The position numbers and the translations under genes were made by a program. Source: Podarcis erhardii (Eukaryota). From it: a stretch of 64,000 bases of DNA. The stretch is taken from assembly GCA_964252035.1 (NCBI GenBank), contig OZ176208.1; one strand, written 5' to 3'. The first letter of the stretch is position 1. Each line of letters begins with the position of its first letter. Shown piece after piece: positions 29,386 to 43,082 of this stretch. The notes beneath the pieces were generated by a model. That model was not told the DNA's origin, made no database searches, and was given only the letters and a program-made list of their open reading frames with translations.

Positions 29386-30470
29386 CAGATCGGAGCAGAA
29401 ATGTGGAGCCAGTATTAATAGAGGTTAATTGATAGGAACCACAATTCCCAGTGATCATGACAACATGCTTCTAAACATGTTCACAGAAGTCAACATTCCC
29501 CCCTGCATGCAGCATTGTCTTCCAATGTCTCACTACCAGAGGTTCTCCACCCTTGTTCTACCTTGCCAAAACCTCTTTTCCATAGTCTCCAATTACAAGA
29601 ATGACTCTATTTTCATCAGAGGAATGTTGAAGGGTATGATGTTTCATCACTTCCACATTTGGAATGAGATATCTGGCAGAAGTTAGCTAAAAGTCAGGAT
29701 GTAGTCTTGGATGTTTGTGTTTACATTTTCTATCTCTGATAATCTACTGTCTTCTGTAGCATGGAGAGATTAGATGGAAATTTGGATCAGTTCACATTTT
29801 CATATGAACCTACTTAATTCATCCCAAAACATTCAATCCCAAAACAATATCTGAACCAAAATTTTTCTCTGAATGTTATGGTCTGCTCTCCAGTGAGAAA
29901 CATATGTACTAAAACCCCTATATTAGTGTAAAATAGCATCAAAGTTCATCATATTAATGGGCGTTGCCTGTAGAAATGTGTGCATTAGGCAACATTGCAG
30001 GGCAAAATGTGGTGTAGATCATGCTAAAAGTCTGCCAATTTTTTTTTATAAATGTTTGAAAAAATAAACAAATGCAAGCTGATAGGGAAATACATGAAAC
30101 TGAGCATTGAAATTAAGACTGAGAAAAGGAGAAACTGAGAAAAACCTAAATTCACAGTGTAGGAGCAATTTGCTTCCATTCTTATACATTGGGATTTTTT
30201 AAAAAAAATTGATGAAGATTACAGCCTCACTTCAGACAACCAGGAGAGAAGTGGTGCATGTTTTGAAACTGCTTACTGGTTGTGGAATATTGTAATTCTC
30301 TTTCTACAGCCTAAATGGGGCTTCCACTGTCAACATTAATGCAGCATTAGGGAAAATTCCACCCGCCATTAGGCAGCCTCACAGAAGAATTCTGCTGCTG
30401 GTAACACCAACAATGTTAACAAAGGGGGGGGGGGACTACTAATGCCGATTCTACCACCACTAATCATCAA

Positions 30471-30695
30471 NNNNNNNNNNNNNNNNNNNNNNNNNNNNNN
30501 NNNNNNNNNNNNNNNNNNNNNNNNNNNNNNNNNNNNNNNNNNNNNNNNNNNNNNNNNNNNNNNNNNNNNNNNNNNNNNNNNNNNNNNNNNNNNNNNNNNN
30601 NNNNNNNNNNNNNNNNNNNNNNNNNNNNNNNNNNNNNNNNNNNNNNNNNNNNNNNNNNNNNNNNNNNNNNNNNNNNNNNNNNNNNNNNNNNNNNN
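30471..30695. other. Assembly gap (225 N)
   Basis: Run of N. Confidence 1.
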
Positions 30696-31129
30696 CCGTG
30701 CCCCTCAGTTTAAAGCCAAGTGTTCTTATTGGAAATTTTTCAGCTCAACACTAGCAAAGACTCCATAAATCTCCAATAGTTTTTCATCCAAAGGAAACTA
30801 AGCCCCGTAGTGCTACAGCTGGATCCTTGGTTCCTCATGGAGGAGTGTGTAGTAATAGGTTGTAACAATAACCACTGGATATATGGAAGGGCACTGATAT
30901 TTTGAAGACATGTTTATGAAACTCTTACTTTGTTCGTGGTGTTTCATGCTTTGCTGTTGTTCTGTTTTAGCTCTTGCTTCTATGCTTGACATGCTTTACT
31001 TAAAGGAAGCCCCTGTGTCTTTAATGCTTCATGGCAAAGGAATGTCAGCAGGTATAGTTTCTCCCCCAAGAAAAGAAAGTAGAAAGCTTCTCAGTGCACA
31101 GAAATATATTTACTGAGCCGAGCATGTTT

Positions 31130-31710
31130 TAATATAAAAATATTTCCATTGTTATTATTGAAATGTCTATCTTGCTTTTCCTCCCAAAGGAGACCAGAGT
31201 GGCAAACATCAAAATGTTAAAACAGTAGAATAAAAATCAAGCACATTTAACACATTTAAAAACTATGTAAAACCATAAAAAACATTTGAAAGCAATCACA
31301 TACCTTCAGTTAATTATTTCATGGTTTCTATGGCCAGTTGTGAAATACCTGGGAACATAGAAATGTTTTTAAATATCTCATGAAAGTCAATAGTGTGAAA
31401 GAGAGGCATTTTACTGGAGAGTGCATTCCACAAATGAGGAATCACCGCCAAGAAGGCCCTGCCACATGCCTGTGCCAGTGGTGACACCACCAACAGGACC
31501 TCCCCTGTTGATCATAGGGTCTGAGGTGGTTGAGATTGGTGCAGTTGCTCCTTTAGATACTTGTGTCCCAGACCATTCAGGGCTTTGTATACTAGTATTA
31601 ACAAATTGAATTGTGCGCAGTAGCTCACTAGCTTTCAGTGCGGAGCTTTCAGGACAGGTGATTCATATATCCATCAGGCTGACCCACTTACCAGCCTAGC
31701 TGTGATATTT
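31130..31710 (-). mobile_element. Degraded L2 LINE 3' fragment
   Basis: GTGCATTCCACAAATGAGGA...AAGAAGGCCCTG and AGACCATTCAGGGCTTTGTA resemble L2 3' sequence; no ORF. Confidence 0.5.
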
Positions 31711-31991
31711 CTTTAGTGTTCCACTATTTTTGTAACAGAAGAGCTCAAGTTATCTTATGCCCAAGAATGCCCCTGAATATTTACAGTATATTTTAGACGT
31801 GTGAGGTTTAATAACGTTATGTCTTGCACCTGATGGCTTCTTTTCTTCTCTGACATTTGATGCTTTCCTTTTCTCTGTATCCCATGCTAAGACCTAGAAG
31901 CCCTCTTCAGGAAAATGCACAAAGGGGGAAAGGGTGGATAATGGGGTGTGTGCTGGTGGACCCACTTACAATGGTGGCCTCTCCCAATCCT

Positions 31992-32386
31992 AGAATCCTA
32001 GAATCCTAGAATCCTAGAATCCTAGAATCCTAGAGTTGGAAGAGACCACAAGGGCCATCGAGTCCAACCCCCTGCCAAGTAGGAAACACCATCAGAGCAC
32101 TCCTGACATATGGTTGTCAAGCCTCTGCTTAAAGACCTCCAAAGAAGGAGACTCCACCACACTCCTTGGCAGCAAATTCCACTGTCGAACAGCTCTTACT
32201 GTCAGGAAGTTCTTCCTAAAGTTTAGGTGGTATCTTTTTTCTTGTAGTTTGGAGCCATTGCTCCGTGTCCGCTTCTCTGGAGCAGAAGAAAACAACCTTT
32301 CTCCCTCCTCTATGTGACATCCTTTTATATATTTGAACATGGCTATCATATCACCCCTTAACCTCCTCTTCTCCAGGCTAAACATG
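31992..32386 (-). mobile_element. CR1 LINE 3' end (young)
   Basis: LGMFSLEKRRLRGDMIAMFKY...FLTVRAVRQWNLLPRSVVESPSLEVFKQRLD; (TAGAATCC)n tail; CCCAATCCT on both flanks. Confidence 0.93.
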
Positions 32387-32957
32387 CCCAATCCTGACTT
32401 TTTTATTATTATTTTTGCATGAAGAAAGGGACTTTTAAGGGCATTCAGCACTTAGATGGTCCCCAAGTTCAGAAAACTGTTATCAGGATTCCCAGTCACC
32501 AGGAAGTTCCTAAATACAGGAGGTTAGAACCCACCTTCCTCAGACCTTTCCTCTCAATATGGAAAATTTGAGAGAAATTTGGTACAGGTAGGGAGGTTGA
32601 GGTGGGGCTGATGGCCATGCCACCATGCCATCAGCCTCCTATATTTTACTTTCACAAGTTCAGGTTGAGCACCTCATGAGATCTATGGTGCTGCAACTGT
32701 TAAAGACAGCTGCCACATAGTAATTTCATCTATTCCATTCAGTTAAAGTATAAATACTATTGGATGCTATACTTGCAATCAGACTCAACATCTCCAGTGA
32801 ATTTCCATCCTCTTCCCTGGGCATAGTATGTTTTTGCCTGGTGCCTAACTGCTAGTAATGAGTTACAGATAGGTAGCTGTGTTGGTCTGCCATAGTCAAA
32901 ACAAAATAAAAAAATTCCTTCCAGTAGCACCTTAAAGACCAACTAAGTTAGTTCTTG

Positions 32958-32995
32958 GTATGAGCTTTCGTGTGCATGCACACTTCTTCAGATAC
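32958..32995 (-). ncRNA. Second (inverted) copy of the same minimal hammerhead ribozyme
   Basis: Exact reverse complement of 33541-33578. Confidence 0.85.
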
Positions 32996-33000
32996 ATTGA

Positions 33001-33360
33001 AACATCACACATACCATCTCGGGACTATTTAATTGCTCATCGTCTAACATTGTGTATGCCATCAAATGCCAACAGTGTCCTTCAGCTCTCTATATTGGAC
33101 AAACAGGCCAAACCTTACGCCAAAGAATAAACGGACATAAATCTGACATCAGGAATCACAAGACAGAGAAACCAGTAGGAGAACACTTCAATCTCCCAGG
33201 ACATTCTATACAAGATCTCAAAGTAGCTGTTCTATTACACAGGAATTTCAGAAATAGACTGGAAAGAGAAGCTGCTGAATTGCAACTTATTACCAAACTT
33301 AAAACCATGGAGAGACCTGGTCTGAACAAAGACATTGGATTCTTATCTCATTATACATGA
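33001..33360 (+). pseudogene. GIY-YIG endonuclease C-terminal fragment of the Penelope-like element
   Basis: CSSSNIVYAIKCQQCPSALYIGQTGQTLRQRINGHKSDI...EHFNLPGHS...ERE...GLN. Confidence 0.92.
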
Positions 33361-33540
33361 CAAAGCCATTTTTCACCTTCTCACCCCTTGCTTTTTCCTA
33401 TAAGACCTATTGCAGTCGTTAAGAGTCGTCAACAGGCTCATCACAGCTATCTGCCAATCACCCATTCCCACCACCCTTCTGAGTAATACCCCTCCCCACC
33501 TTCTCACTATATAGAAGGGTCTGGTGACTTCTGTTTCAGT

Positions 33541-33578
33541 GTATCTGAAGAAGTGTGCATGCACACGAAAGCTCATAC
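33541..33578 (+). ncRNA. Minimal type I hammerhead ribozyme in the Penelope pLTR
   Basis: GUAU-CUGAAGA-A-GUGUGC/AU/GCACAC-GAA-AGCU-C|AUAC: stem I GUAU:AUAC, stem II 6 bp, palindromic AGCU stem III. Confidence 0.85.
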
Positions 33579-34311
33579 CAAGAACTGACTTAGTTGGTCT
33601 TTAAGGTGCTACTGGAAGGAATTTTTTAATTTTGTTTTTGCTAGTAATGAGGTATCCAGGTGTTTCTCTGCTTGGGGGTGGTAGTCCAAAGGTCAGGAGC
33701 CACCACAGCAAAGGTTCTTTTCCCAGTGCCCACCAGATGACAGGGACACCTGGAGAAAGGGCTCATATGAGAATCTCAGTGGATGGGCAAATTAATACAG
33801 GAGAACTACTGAGTAGCTTTGAAATGGGATTGAAGGCATGAAACTCAGTGATATCTCCAACTCTTGTAGTCAGTTACTTTAAGCTAGGGGTAGCCAACAT
33901 GTTACCCCCAGATGTTGTTGGATTCCAACTCCCATCAGCCCCATCTGACATAACCATTGGTCAGGGTAGATGAGAGTCTAACAATCATCACGGTGTGTGT
34001 GTATCTGTTCCTTGTATGCAGGCTAGATTTTAAGCACTACAGCTTATACTATCAGAGTAGTGGTAAATGATTCATTGCACTTTTCTCTCCAATCATCTTG
34101 CAAAGAATTTTCTTATCTGATGTTTTGCAGCTTCAGAGACACCAATTAGCTCACAATTATTCAGGACCTGGATAAGTCTCCCAATATGGATGATAATTTG
34201 ACACCATCCTGATTCTGAAGTATCACGTTTCCCGATTGGATTGAATTCCTGCATGGAACAAATTAGAAGTCATCTGCCTTTCCTTGAATTCCACAATGAT
34301 CAAAATATGTA

Positions 34312-34447
34312 CAGTTCTCCTTTTCTAGAAAAAGAGGTGTCGGAGCTCACCATGAACTTCTCCCTTGTTCTCTTAGAATGGCAAAGGCATCCACCAGAGA
34401 AGTGCGGGAGCTGAGCTCCAGTGAGCTCCGGCTGAAAAAAATCCCTG
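34312..34447. mobile_element. Small MITE with degenerate CAGGG(C/A)TTTTTT-type termini
   Basis: TTTTCTAGAAAAAGAGGTGTCGGAGCTC ... GAGCTCCGGCTGAAAAAAATCCCTG. Confidence 0.5.
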
Positions 34448-36230
34448 CATATATATAATATTCATATATAATAAACTACAAAGCAGTATAGCCTTTCAGA
34501 TGAAACTATATCTCCTGTGAAAGCAACACATTATAAATATGCCATGGAATTTATATAAAGCAACTCAACAATTCTCTTCTGCTTTTATACCTCTTTCTAA
34601 TGAAAAACATTGCCTTAAGTTATTTTTTTAATAAGATCTTTTATTATCTATGTTCTACACTGGATTTCCTTTGTTGTGATATCTACTGTCATAGCAAAGC
34701 AATATGAGCATTTTTTTCATGTGAGAGTTTATTTATTTTTTATTGTGGAAGGCATTAGGAGATGTGATTTGATATCTTTTGCATTTAATGCATTTAAACA
34801 TTTACCTGAACTTCTGTCCTCTTTCGTCAATAAACGATTTCCAAACATGAGTTACAACATTCTCTGTTATTATTCCAATTATCATTTGAACTGGAATGAT
34901 TATGAAACCTTATTTAAAGACTTTGGAATTTTGTGTAGCCAAATTCCAAGCTGAGTAATGACAGGCTGCCTATTTAATTCCCTTGGTAGTTGCAGCTAGA
35001 AGAATTAAATTATTCCTTTATATCTCAGGTTCGCAAACTGCTCAGTAGTGGTTCCACCATTATTAAGCAGCTGTGGAATATTCTTCAAAGGAGGCTGTTC
35101 CAGCTTCCAAATGTCTTGGGTCCCATTCAGGAGAAAACTGCTATTAGCGAAAGCTATTAAGGCCATTAGTGTATGCAAAAAAAGGAGAGGGAAAACCCTA
35201 CATTTATATCACATGCTTCAATATTCCATACAGCTAACATTTTAAACGAGGGGCCAATTTGCACATGTTGCTGGCATCTTGAGAAATTAAAAGTTGCTGT
35301 CAGCCTTAAATATGGGTATCACTCGTATGAAGGCATTATTGTTATCACTATTATTTTTCACATGAATGTTAGGTTGGCCACTGTGAGAACAAAATGTTGA
35401 ACTAAATTTGGTCTGATCCACCAGTGCTCTCCTTATGTTCTTATGATGTGAGTGAAAAAAATATCTGTTGAATTTTGGAGCAGGCAGAAATAGCACAATA
35501 TTAATTGCCTCTGTTTGCTCCAAAGCTCAGCATGCCATATGAAGCCCCCCTCCCATGTCCCCAATTCTCTAGCATATGCAGAGAACTGGAAAAATCCACA
35601 CTATAACTGGCAATGCGCAGGTCAGCAAAGGAGATACAAAAAGTAGCTATGGATGCATTAATCAAAAGTGAGAATGTATTTTTCATGTGGGGGGAAAAAA
35701 CCCATGATGAGCAAGTGTGAAAAATATGCCGATCTGAACTGTGCTAAAAAGAGTGGTTTCACTTCAAAGTCTCAAGGGCATCTTCTTTTTCCTGCTTGTA
35801 ATCAGGTTAGGGAGAAAGGTAATATTATATTCTCTATTAATATCTCTCAGGTTTTTATGGGATGCCAGCAATGTCAATGTGGCCATAAAAATGGTTGCTA
35901 GCTGAATGGGTGGATGCTGTTCCCATCTTCCACCAGAAAGCAGGAAAGTGATTGTTTCCTCTATGTTCCACATTGGAATATTACATTTTTACAAGACATC
36001 CATTGTAGATTAAAGAAACAGCTTGAAAGAGGCAAACAGTACAGTGTAAATCAGCCAACATTATCTGGCAAAATTCCCACAGAATCTCTAGGGAATAAGT
36101 ATTTTTTTCTGCGTCCTTTATCTGCTTGGCGTAGGAAAAAAATCGTTACAAGAATTCCAAAGCATTTTTCTATAATACATAACTGCTTCTGTAAAATAAT
36201 TGTATTGAATACTCAAAGCATACAGTGTTG

Positions 36231-36279
<49 letters not shown>

Positions 36280-36412
36280 TGAATTAGAGAGAATGTAACT
36301 GCACCTGACCATCATCCAAGTTATGAACATCATGCCTGGAAGGCCAACTTTTTTGTAAATGAAGCTTTATTATGTGATAATATTCTGCACAACATGAAAC
36401 TGTCAGTTAAAC

Positions 36413-36453
<41 letters not shown>

Positions 36454-36499
36454 AGAAGCTGAGAGCAATCAAGTGTTGAATATTTAACTAATAGATGTC

Positions 36500-37190
36500 T
36501 TCTTCTTTGATCACTTGTAGCCGAGTAAGATTGTCTTCCATGAACATAATTTTAACAGTGATTCCGTAAGTGACCGTGGAAGCTAATTCTGGATCCATAC
36601 TTCCTTTCACAGTGGGGACATAGGTTTCTATGCTGGAGATGATCATAGTCACAGTTTACCAAATATGCCTTTCTCTCAGCATGTTTCTCCCTTTTGTCCT
36701 GAGCGCAAGTGTCTTCAGAGTCCATGACACCTTTGGTAAAGGGTGTTCTCTAATTGGCGTGCTCACAGGCCAGTGTTTCCCAATTGTTGGTGTTTATACT
36801 ACTTCTTTTTTTTTTAGATTTGCCTTGAGAGAGTCTTTAAACCTCTTTTGTTGACTATCAGTATTACACTTTCCATTTTAAAGTTTGGAATAGAGTAGTT
36901 GCTTTGGAAGATGATAAGCAGACATCTGAACAACATGACCAGTCCAATGAGGTGGTTGTTGAAGAATCATTGCTTCAACACTGGTGATCTTTGCTTCTTC
37001 CAGTACACTGGCATTTGTTTGCCTACCTTCCCAAGTGATGTGTAAAATTTTCTGGAGACACCATTGATGGAATCTTTCGAGAAGCTGGAGATGGCATTTA
37101 TAAGTGGTCCATGTTTCACAAGCATACAGTAATGTTAGTAGCACAATAGCTTTGTAAACAAGCATTTTGGTTTCCCTGAGAATGTTGGGT
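36500..37190 (-). mobile_element. RTE-clade LINE 3' fragment (non-Bov-B)
   Basis: TKMLVYKAIVLLTLLYACETWTTYKCHLQLLERFHQWCLQKIL...WTGHVVQM...LPKQLLY. Confidence 0.85.
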
Positions 37191-37564
37191 TCCCTGATAT
37201 ATGTACACATAGAACAGCCAGTCCTTTTTTGTACCTTTCCTGGAATCTACAGGACATGCTAGTCTTATCACTGAGATCAGTAACTGATTTAAAATATTAT
37301 TAATTTCAGCAGTAGCTTACGACAACTATCTTTCTGGGCCAGATTATTTAACAGAGTGACACTTTGCTATAATAAATAGGACTGTGGCTATCTATAACAA
37401 ATACTCTGTATGACAAGGTAGTTTGAGAAGCTAAAGCTAAAATAATGATTACTGTTGCATGTAGTCAGTCACCCTATCCTCCCCAAGGCTATTGCTCTGA
37501 ATTTACCTTCAGGCTACTATCTTAAAATGACTCCATAAAGTTGGCAAAGCAGAAACAAGTTGTT

Positions 37565-37700
37565 GCTAGACCAGGGAACCTGAGCCTCTCCAGATGTTGC
37601 TTCACCACAGCACCTATCATCTCCAACCAGCATGGCCAATGGTAAGTTAGAATGGCACTTTAAATCAAGCAATATCTTGAGGGCCACAGGTTGCTCCTAT
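37565..37700. mobile_element. Degenerate hAT-like MITE (related copies near 335-400, 3236-3330, 33885-33985, 57280-57335)
   Basis: Shared CCAGATGTTG...CCCATCA...CATGGCCAATGG and GAGGGCCACAGGTT motifs. Confidence 0.55.
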
Positions 37701-38496
37701 CCTAGCCTATTTCTGCAGGACGATTGCCACAATTGTTTCTTTTTGTGGCAAGATTCAACATCAAACCTATTCTTATGAATTGATTCAATATGTACGCACA
37801 CACTTGCCTTCCGTCACATGCCCAACAAGTCCCTCCCCAATCTTTCATGACAAGTGGTAGTGAGGCAATGGAACCACTGACTTACATATAATGATGGAAA
37901 CATCATTGTAGGTATCTGGCGTGAAATGCGTTCTTCCCTATGTGACAGTCTATTAAGAACTACAAGTCCCAGAGTTCTTTAGTTATTGCAGGCTGCTGTG
38001 GCCCACAGAATATGGCAAGTAATTGGCAGCAAGCAAGAGTGACAAGCATAACCAGAGATGTTGAGACCCAAAAGCAAGTCAGAGACAGTACAATTGTTAT
38101 GATTCACCAACCTCGTATATACAGAAGCTAATCAATTAGGGGCAAAGTAGATATCAACTGGGAGTTTCATTAATGAATCTCACTGGTTCCTTCTTTTAAA
38201 AATATATTATTGAATTTTTTCCTTGAAACAACACAATAAACAGCATCAATCACAACTTTCAACTTTGTAAATAACAAGCAGATATCATTGGCACCATGGG
38301 AGCAAACAGGTAGCACCTCTTCTCCTATGCCTGCTTTTGGAGGAAATGAAGCATGGGGACTTCTGTGTGACTTTCAGCCAGACAGGTGAGCAGAAGATCA
38401 ACCCAATTCTCTCATTGGGACAACAGGTTCATGGTATACGGGGGATTCGGGAATGGCACACATGTACTGTAAAGTTTTCGCAGTACCAGAGATTTG

Positions 38497-38830
38497 AATC
38501 ATAGAAGCATAGAATTGTCGAGTTGGAAGGGACCCAATAGTCGTCTGGTCCAACCCCCTGCAATGCAGAAATCTCAACTAAAGCATCCATGGCTGATACC
38601 AATCCAACCTCTGCTTAAAAACCTCCAATGAAGGAGGGCTCACCACTTTCTGAAAGAGTTTGTTCCATTGTCAAACAGCTCTTACTGTCAGAAAGTTCTT
38701 CATAATGTTTAGTTGGAATCTCCTTCATTGATCCATCAAGCTTGTAACTTTATCAAAAAAAGAGAAATGAATCTGGTATGACTTGTTTTTGAGAAACTCA
38801 TGTTAGGTGTTAGTAATCACAGCATTAAGA
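38497..38830 (-). mobile_element. Older CR1 LINE 3' fragment(s)
   Basis: GAATCATAGAA tail, GAGTTGGAAGGGACC, ACAGCTCTTACTGTCAGAAAGTTCTTC, similar to the CR1 at 32030. Confidence 0.75.
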
Positions 38831-41800
38831 AATGATGCTCTGATGCTACTGTTATGTTGTTACTCTTCCCACAACTATTATGTCCATTCCTTTACAAAGT
38901 ACCGTATGTAAAACAACACTTCTTTCTTACCCATATAAGCAATTGACTGTTCCTGGTAGTGATGTCCTTTCTATAGACCACTTGGAAAGATTGCAGTGGT
39001 AATTTCCTAGATTTATGGAGAAACAATTTGACAAAGTCTGGAAATGTGGTAAACCCATTGCTACTTTTCAGCAGTAAACCCATAATATTCAATTGGGGGG
39101 GATTAATTCAGGGGCTGAGCATCATATTGGAAGAAAAATTATTCTACACTGCAGCTGTCACTATTTTTCCACATATATAAAAGAAAGAATACATAATAAA
39201 AATCACCATAAAGAGAAGCTCATAACTTTTGTGAAGTTGCCCTCTGAGATCTGTGCCTCTTGCATATCACCAAATAACAGCTGTCCCTTTGAACATATTG
39301 ACAACATACTAAACAATACTAAATCCTCCTTTTTCAATGAAATCCTCACTCATGAAGTACTTATCATGTTTAAGCTTGATACAAGTATAGTGCATTTGTC
39401 ACATTTCTCTTATGGCTAAGAGAAACACAGTGATATTTTTCTCCTCAGAAAATCTGCACCCACTCTGCTTATGGATAAAAGGATAGGCATACCCCCCCCC
39501 CCAAAGAAAAATCCATTAACCATTTAAGAATTCAGAAATATGTCCCTATTGCTTTCTAGTTCTGTCATTCTTCCTCTTTTCAGTTCAGTTTTCCACAGTT
39601 GAACATAAATTTGTGCACATTCCCTCCATTGAAGAAAATACCTTTTGCTCTCTCTCATGCGCGCGCGCGCGCACACACACACACACACAACCTTTAGAAA
39701 GACACCTAGAGGACTCTAGGACCCTATCAGAGCCCTCACAACTTCTTCCCCAAACCTGGCACTGCACACTTAGCTCCATTAATTTCAATGAGTCTCATCT
39801 GAGTATGACTTAGTTTGATCATCAACCAGTGTCAAGGGCACTTCCCAGTCAAGGAATGCATACAGCAGATAGCTAAGTATTTATTGTCATAGATAACACA
39901 GTCACTTCTACATCTCTGGATATCTACACACACCAATCTAACAGCTAGGCAGCTATTCCCAGTTCTGCACTCTATGGAGCAGCTGCAGCAACAGTAGGCA
40001 ACTCCCCTCCATCAGTTTATGTACCTCCCCCCTTAAGTCTGCATTCTCAGTGCATCCATTTTCAATTCCCACCTGGTTATGGGAGACAGCGGTGCAGGAT
40101 AGGGTGAGTAAGTACCTGGCCTAACCTGCCTCTTCCTCTTCTTCTCCTGACCCAACCTGCGCTCCACCTTCCATCTCCAAAGTTTCCCCTGTCTCTGATT
40201 CTTGCCTCCTGGCTGGTACAGGTCTCCACAAACCACTGCCCACTTTCCATGAGTTAGACTCCAGTCCCCCCTGCCCCCAGGGCACACTTGTCAGCCGCCT
40301 GCCATTCCTGACACCCACTGACAAATGCAAAAGTTTCCAAATCATCTAACAAAATGAAACATTTTACAGAGGGGGAGGAGACCCACCCATCCCCAACCAA
40401 GGGACAATTGAAGTTGGGAGGGAAAGATTCTTCCCAACCCTGTTATCCAGTGACCCAAGTAGCCCCATGAGGCTCTAATACTGAGGGTGGGTGAGAAGAT
40501 CATGGGGTAAAATGGTCCTGAAATGTAGTGTGAGGTCTTTTAAGATCTTGACATTTCTTACTCTCTTGTGAGATCCCATGTGATGATCCCCTTCCCATGG
40601 GATCTCATAAGAAAACAGCAGGGATAGAAAACCCTCCTCTCCTCCTTATGACATTGCACCTTTCAAGAAATACCATATTTCCTAATCCATTCAGATATTG
40701 TGATCAAGAAATATCACAGGAGTCCATTTTTATCAGTAAGAAACACAATAATGACTGGTTTATGTATGAGAGAGACAAAAGCATTCAAGAAGCTGTTCAA
40801 ATGTAGCAAAGATTCACAACACAGAGTATTTCTTTGTGAGTACGGCTTCAACATACAAAGAGTAATGTGATGGGAGCAGGAAAAGATTTACAGCCTATGG
40901 GCATATTATTATTTTTAATGTTCTTGATACCTTGGAACCTCACTATGGTAATTGAGTCGTCAGCATCATCATATTGGAAATGAATGCTTTTTTTAAAAAA
41001 AATGCCAGGTTTTATAAGGGTACAAGGCACTGTGGCTGGTTGTTTGTGTTGCTTACAATGAGTCTGAAAGGTAAATGCTTTGACACATTTGTAAACTAGC
41101 AATTATGGCACATACCCAACAATTTGAAATATTTCTGAATTGTTCAGTGCATCCCCAAACTGCACACCTAATGAAAGGACACAAGAATGTTATTACCATT
41201 GCTTCTACTTGTCTACCATTTCCCACTGGAGAACTTTTGTCAGCTTAACATATTTGTGTTTGTTTTCAGCTCTTTATTTATTTGGTTTTGGTCCTGGAAT
41301 GGAAATCAGCTTAATGATACCTCTTCTTATCATACACACACTTGTGCAATTGAGGAAGACTTGATTAGTCATGCTGCTGCATGATCCCAGGGTTAGAACA
41401 AGATTCACTGAAAATCCACCCTCCCCAAGAACGCAGGACTGCATTATTCAGTTCTTGAAACTAGCATCCCTGCCACCACTGTCACTGTTTTTAACACACA
41501 GTTGAATCTATACCTTAGGCTATTTTATTTTTTTATTTTTTGGCAGGTAAAGATGAGAAACCATCAATTTATGCAGAAGGCCAAGATGAATATTTTCCCT
41601 CTAGGAGTTATGGAACTTTGAGGCTTAGGGAATTGGCAATGGGATGTGGCAGCTCTCACTTAGCAGGGACCCAGATGAGTGCGTTAGGTACAGATATTGT
41701 GACTATAAACCTTAGCATGATATAATAGTCTGCAGAGAACAAAGAAAAACAATGGTCTTTATTTTCAAGTGTCTAGCATTTTCAATGGGTTATTATTCCC

Positions 41801-42088
41801 TTTATGTACTCCCCTTCAAGGCACTGTGTAAAACCCCAGTTGAACCATTTGATTGGAAAAGAATGCTGGAATGGGGGGGGGAGGATTGTTGTAAGAAGAT
41901 GGGAAATATCAGAAAAGCAGATGAATTATTTTTATTAGGGAAGGTGGTATTGGACCATTTTAGATGGTGGTTCATTTTTAATCATTAAATTGTATTAATT
42001 CTAATTCACATATCTATAATTGTTGCAATCCTCTTGACTGGATGATTGGAAGGTCACCAATTGAAAACCATTTACCGAAAGAGTCCAG

Positions 42089-42307
42089 AATGCCACTACC
42101 GAGCTCAGGAGGGGGTGGGGTTGCGGGCTCCCGACCACGCCCACACGCCTGCGAGGCTGGCGTCAGCCTCGCGGGAAGCAGGGATTCCCTCGTTTCTTCC
42201 CCGCGCGCCAGCTAATCGGCTGGCGGCAGGGGCGGGCCTTTCAGAGGCCACTTAAGGTCAGGGCAGCCCTTGGCTCGCCCCTTTCCTACCTTGCAGCTGC
42301 GCGATTT
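42089..42307 (+). repeat. Split direct repeat A1 (5' terminus)
   Basis: 219 bp, AATGCCACTACC...GCTGCGCGATTT, repeated at 48984-49202; GC/CpG-rich. Confidence 0.95.
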
Positions 42308-42393
42308 GGATCACTTGGATCGTCCTCCTGGCGCTGCTGCTTTCTTTCGCTTCCTGGTTCTAGCGACTCGCTGCTTGCTCAGGATCAACTGTG

Positions 42394-42555
42394 CCTCCTT
42401 AGGTTTACACCCCCACCGTCCCCGGAGTCTGAGCGCCGGCAGCGCGCGCGGTCCATGAGCCGCCAAGTCCACGTACCTCCTTAGGCTTACACCCCCACCG
42501 TCCCCGGAGTCTGAGCGCCGGCAGCGCGCGCGGTCTGCGAGCCGCCAAGTCCACG
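42394..42555 (+). repeat. 82-bp tandem duplication in the DIRS 5' leader
   Basis: CCTCCTTAGG(T/C)TTACACCCCCACCGTCCCCGGAG... starts at 42394 and again at 42476. Confidence 0.9.
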
Positions 42556-43008
42556 CTTCTCCCCCCTTTTGCGTCGCCTGCTCGCCGCTTTAGCGGGCGA
42601 GCCTCCTGGGAAAAAACTACACTCCATGGAGGGCTTCGCAAGGATTGTCGGTTAGCAAGCCGCATCAGCGCTCGCTGGAGGTTTCTAGCCGGGAACGGGG
42701 GAGCTGCGGGGGCGCTTTGGGGGGGTGTACGGGTGCGGGGTTAGAGGCACTGGGGGTTTTCTTTTCCGTTTTCTTACCTTTAGTTCTGCTGCTGTACTTT
42801 GTTCTGCTGCCATTTGTTCTGTGTTGCATTTGTCTCATCGGCCACTCCGCATCGCTTAGCTAAGGTTCGGAGCTACTTGGGGGCAACCTCACCGCCTTTA
42901 CTGGCTTGGAGGCAACCTCAGCGGCCTACCTAAACTTCAGTGGTTCGTGGGGTTGTTCTCAGCAGCATTTTGCTTCAGCGTCCAGGTTGCCTGGACAACG
43001 GCTGGGGC

Positions 43009-43082
43009 CGGCTGCCATCTTAAGTTTTCCACGTGGCTTCTGCGGTGGCCATTTTGGGTGGCTTCTGCGGCGGCCATTTTGG
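43009..43082 (+). promoter_or_regulatory. Cluster of YY1-like motifs (GCCATCTT, GGCCATTTTG x2 in a 25-bp tandem repeat) in the DIRS leader
   Basis: The motifs resemble the YY1 consensus CCGCCATNTT; motif match only. Confidence 0.35.

Larger units (their letters stand above)
32863..33639 (+). mobile_element. Penelope-like element (Neptune-type), 5'-truncated with an inverted 5' pLTR copy
   Basis: GIY-YIG ORF fragment; inverted arms ~32893-33003 and ~33533-33643; 12-bp TSD GCTAGTAATGAG at 32851-32862 and 33640-33651. Confidence 0.93.

Noticed and set aside
31986-32033. CRISPR-like or novel repeat array (TAGAATCC)n
   Set aside because: No spacers; this is the typical CR1 3' microsatellite tail.
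39093-39419. 108-aa ORF
   Set aside because: AT-rich with no motifs; compatible with chance.
42645-42863. Small membrane-protein ORF (env-like) in the DIRS leader
   Set aside because: The hydrophobic run is explained by T-rich low-complexity DNA; it has a TTG start and no homology.
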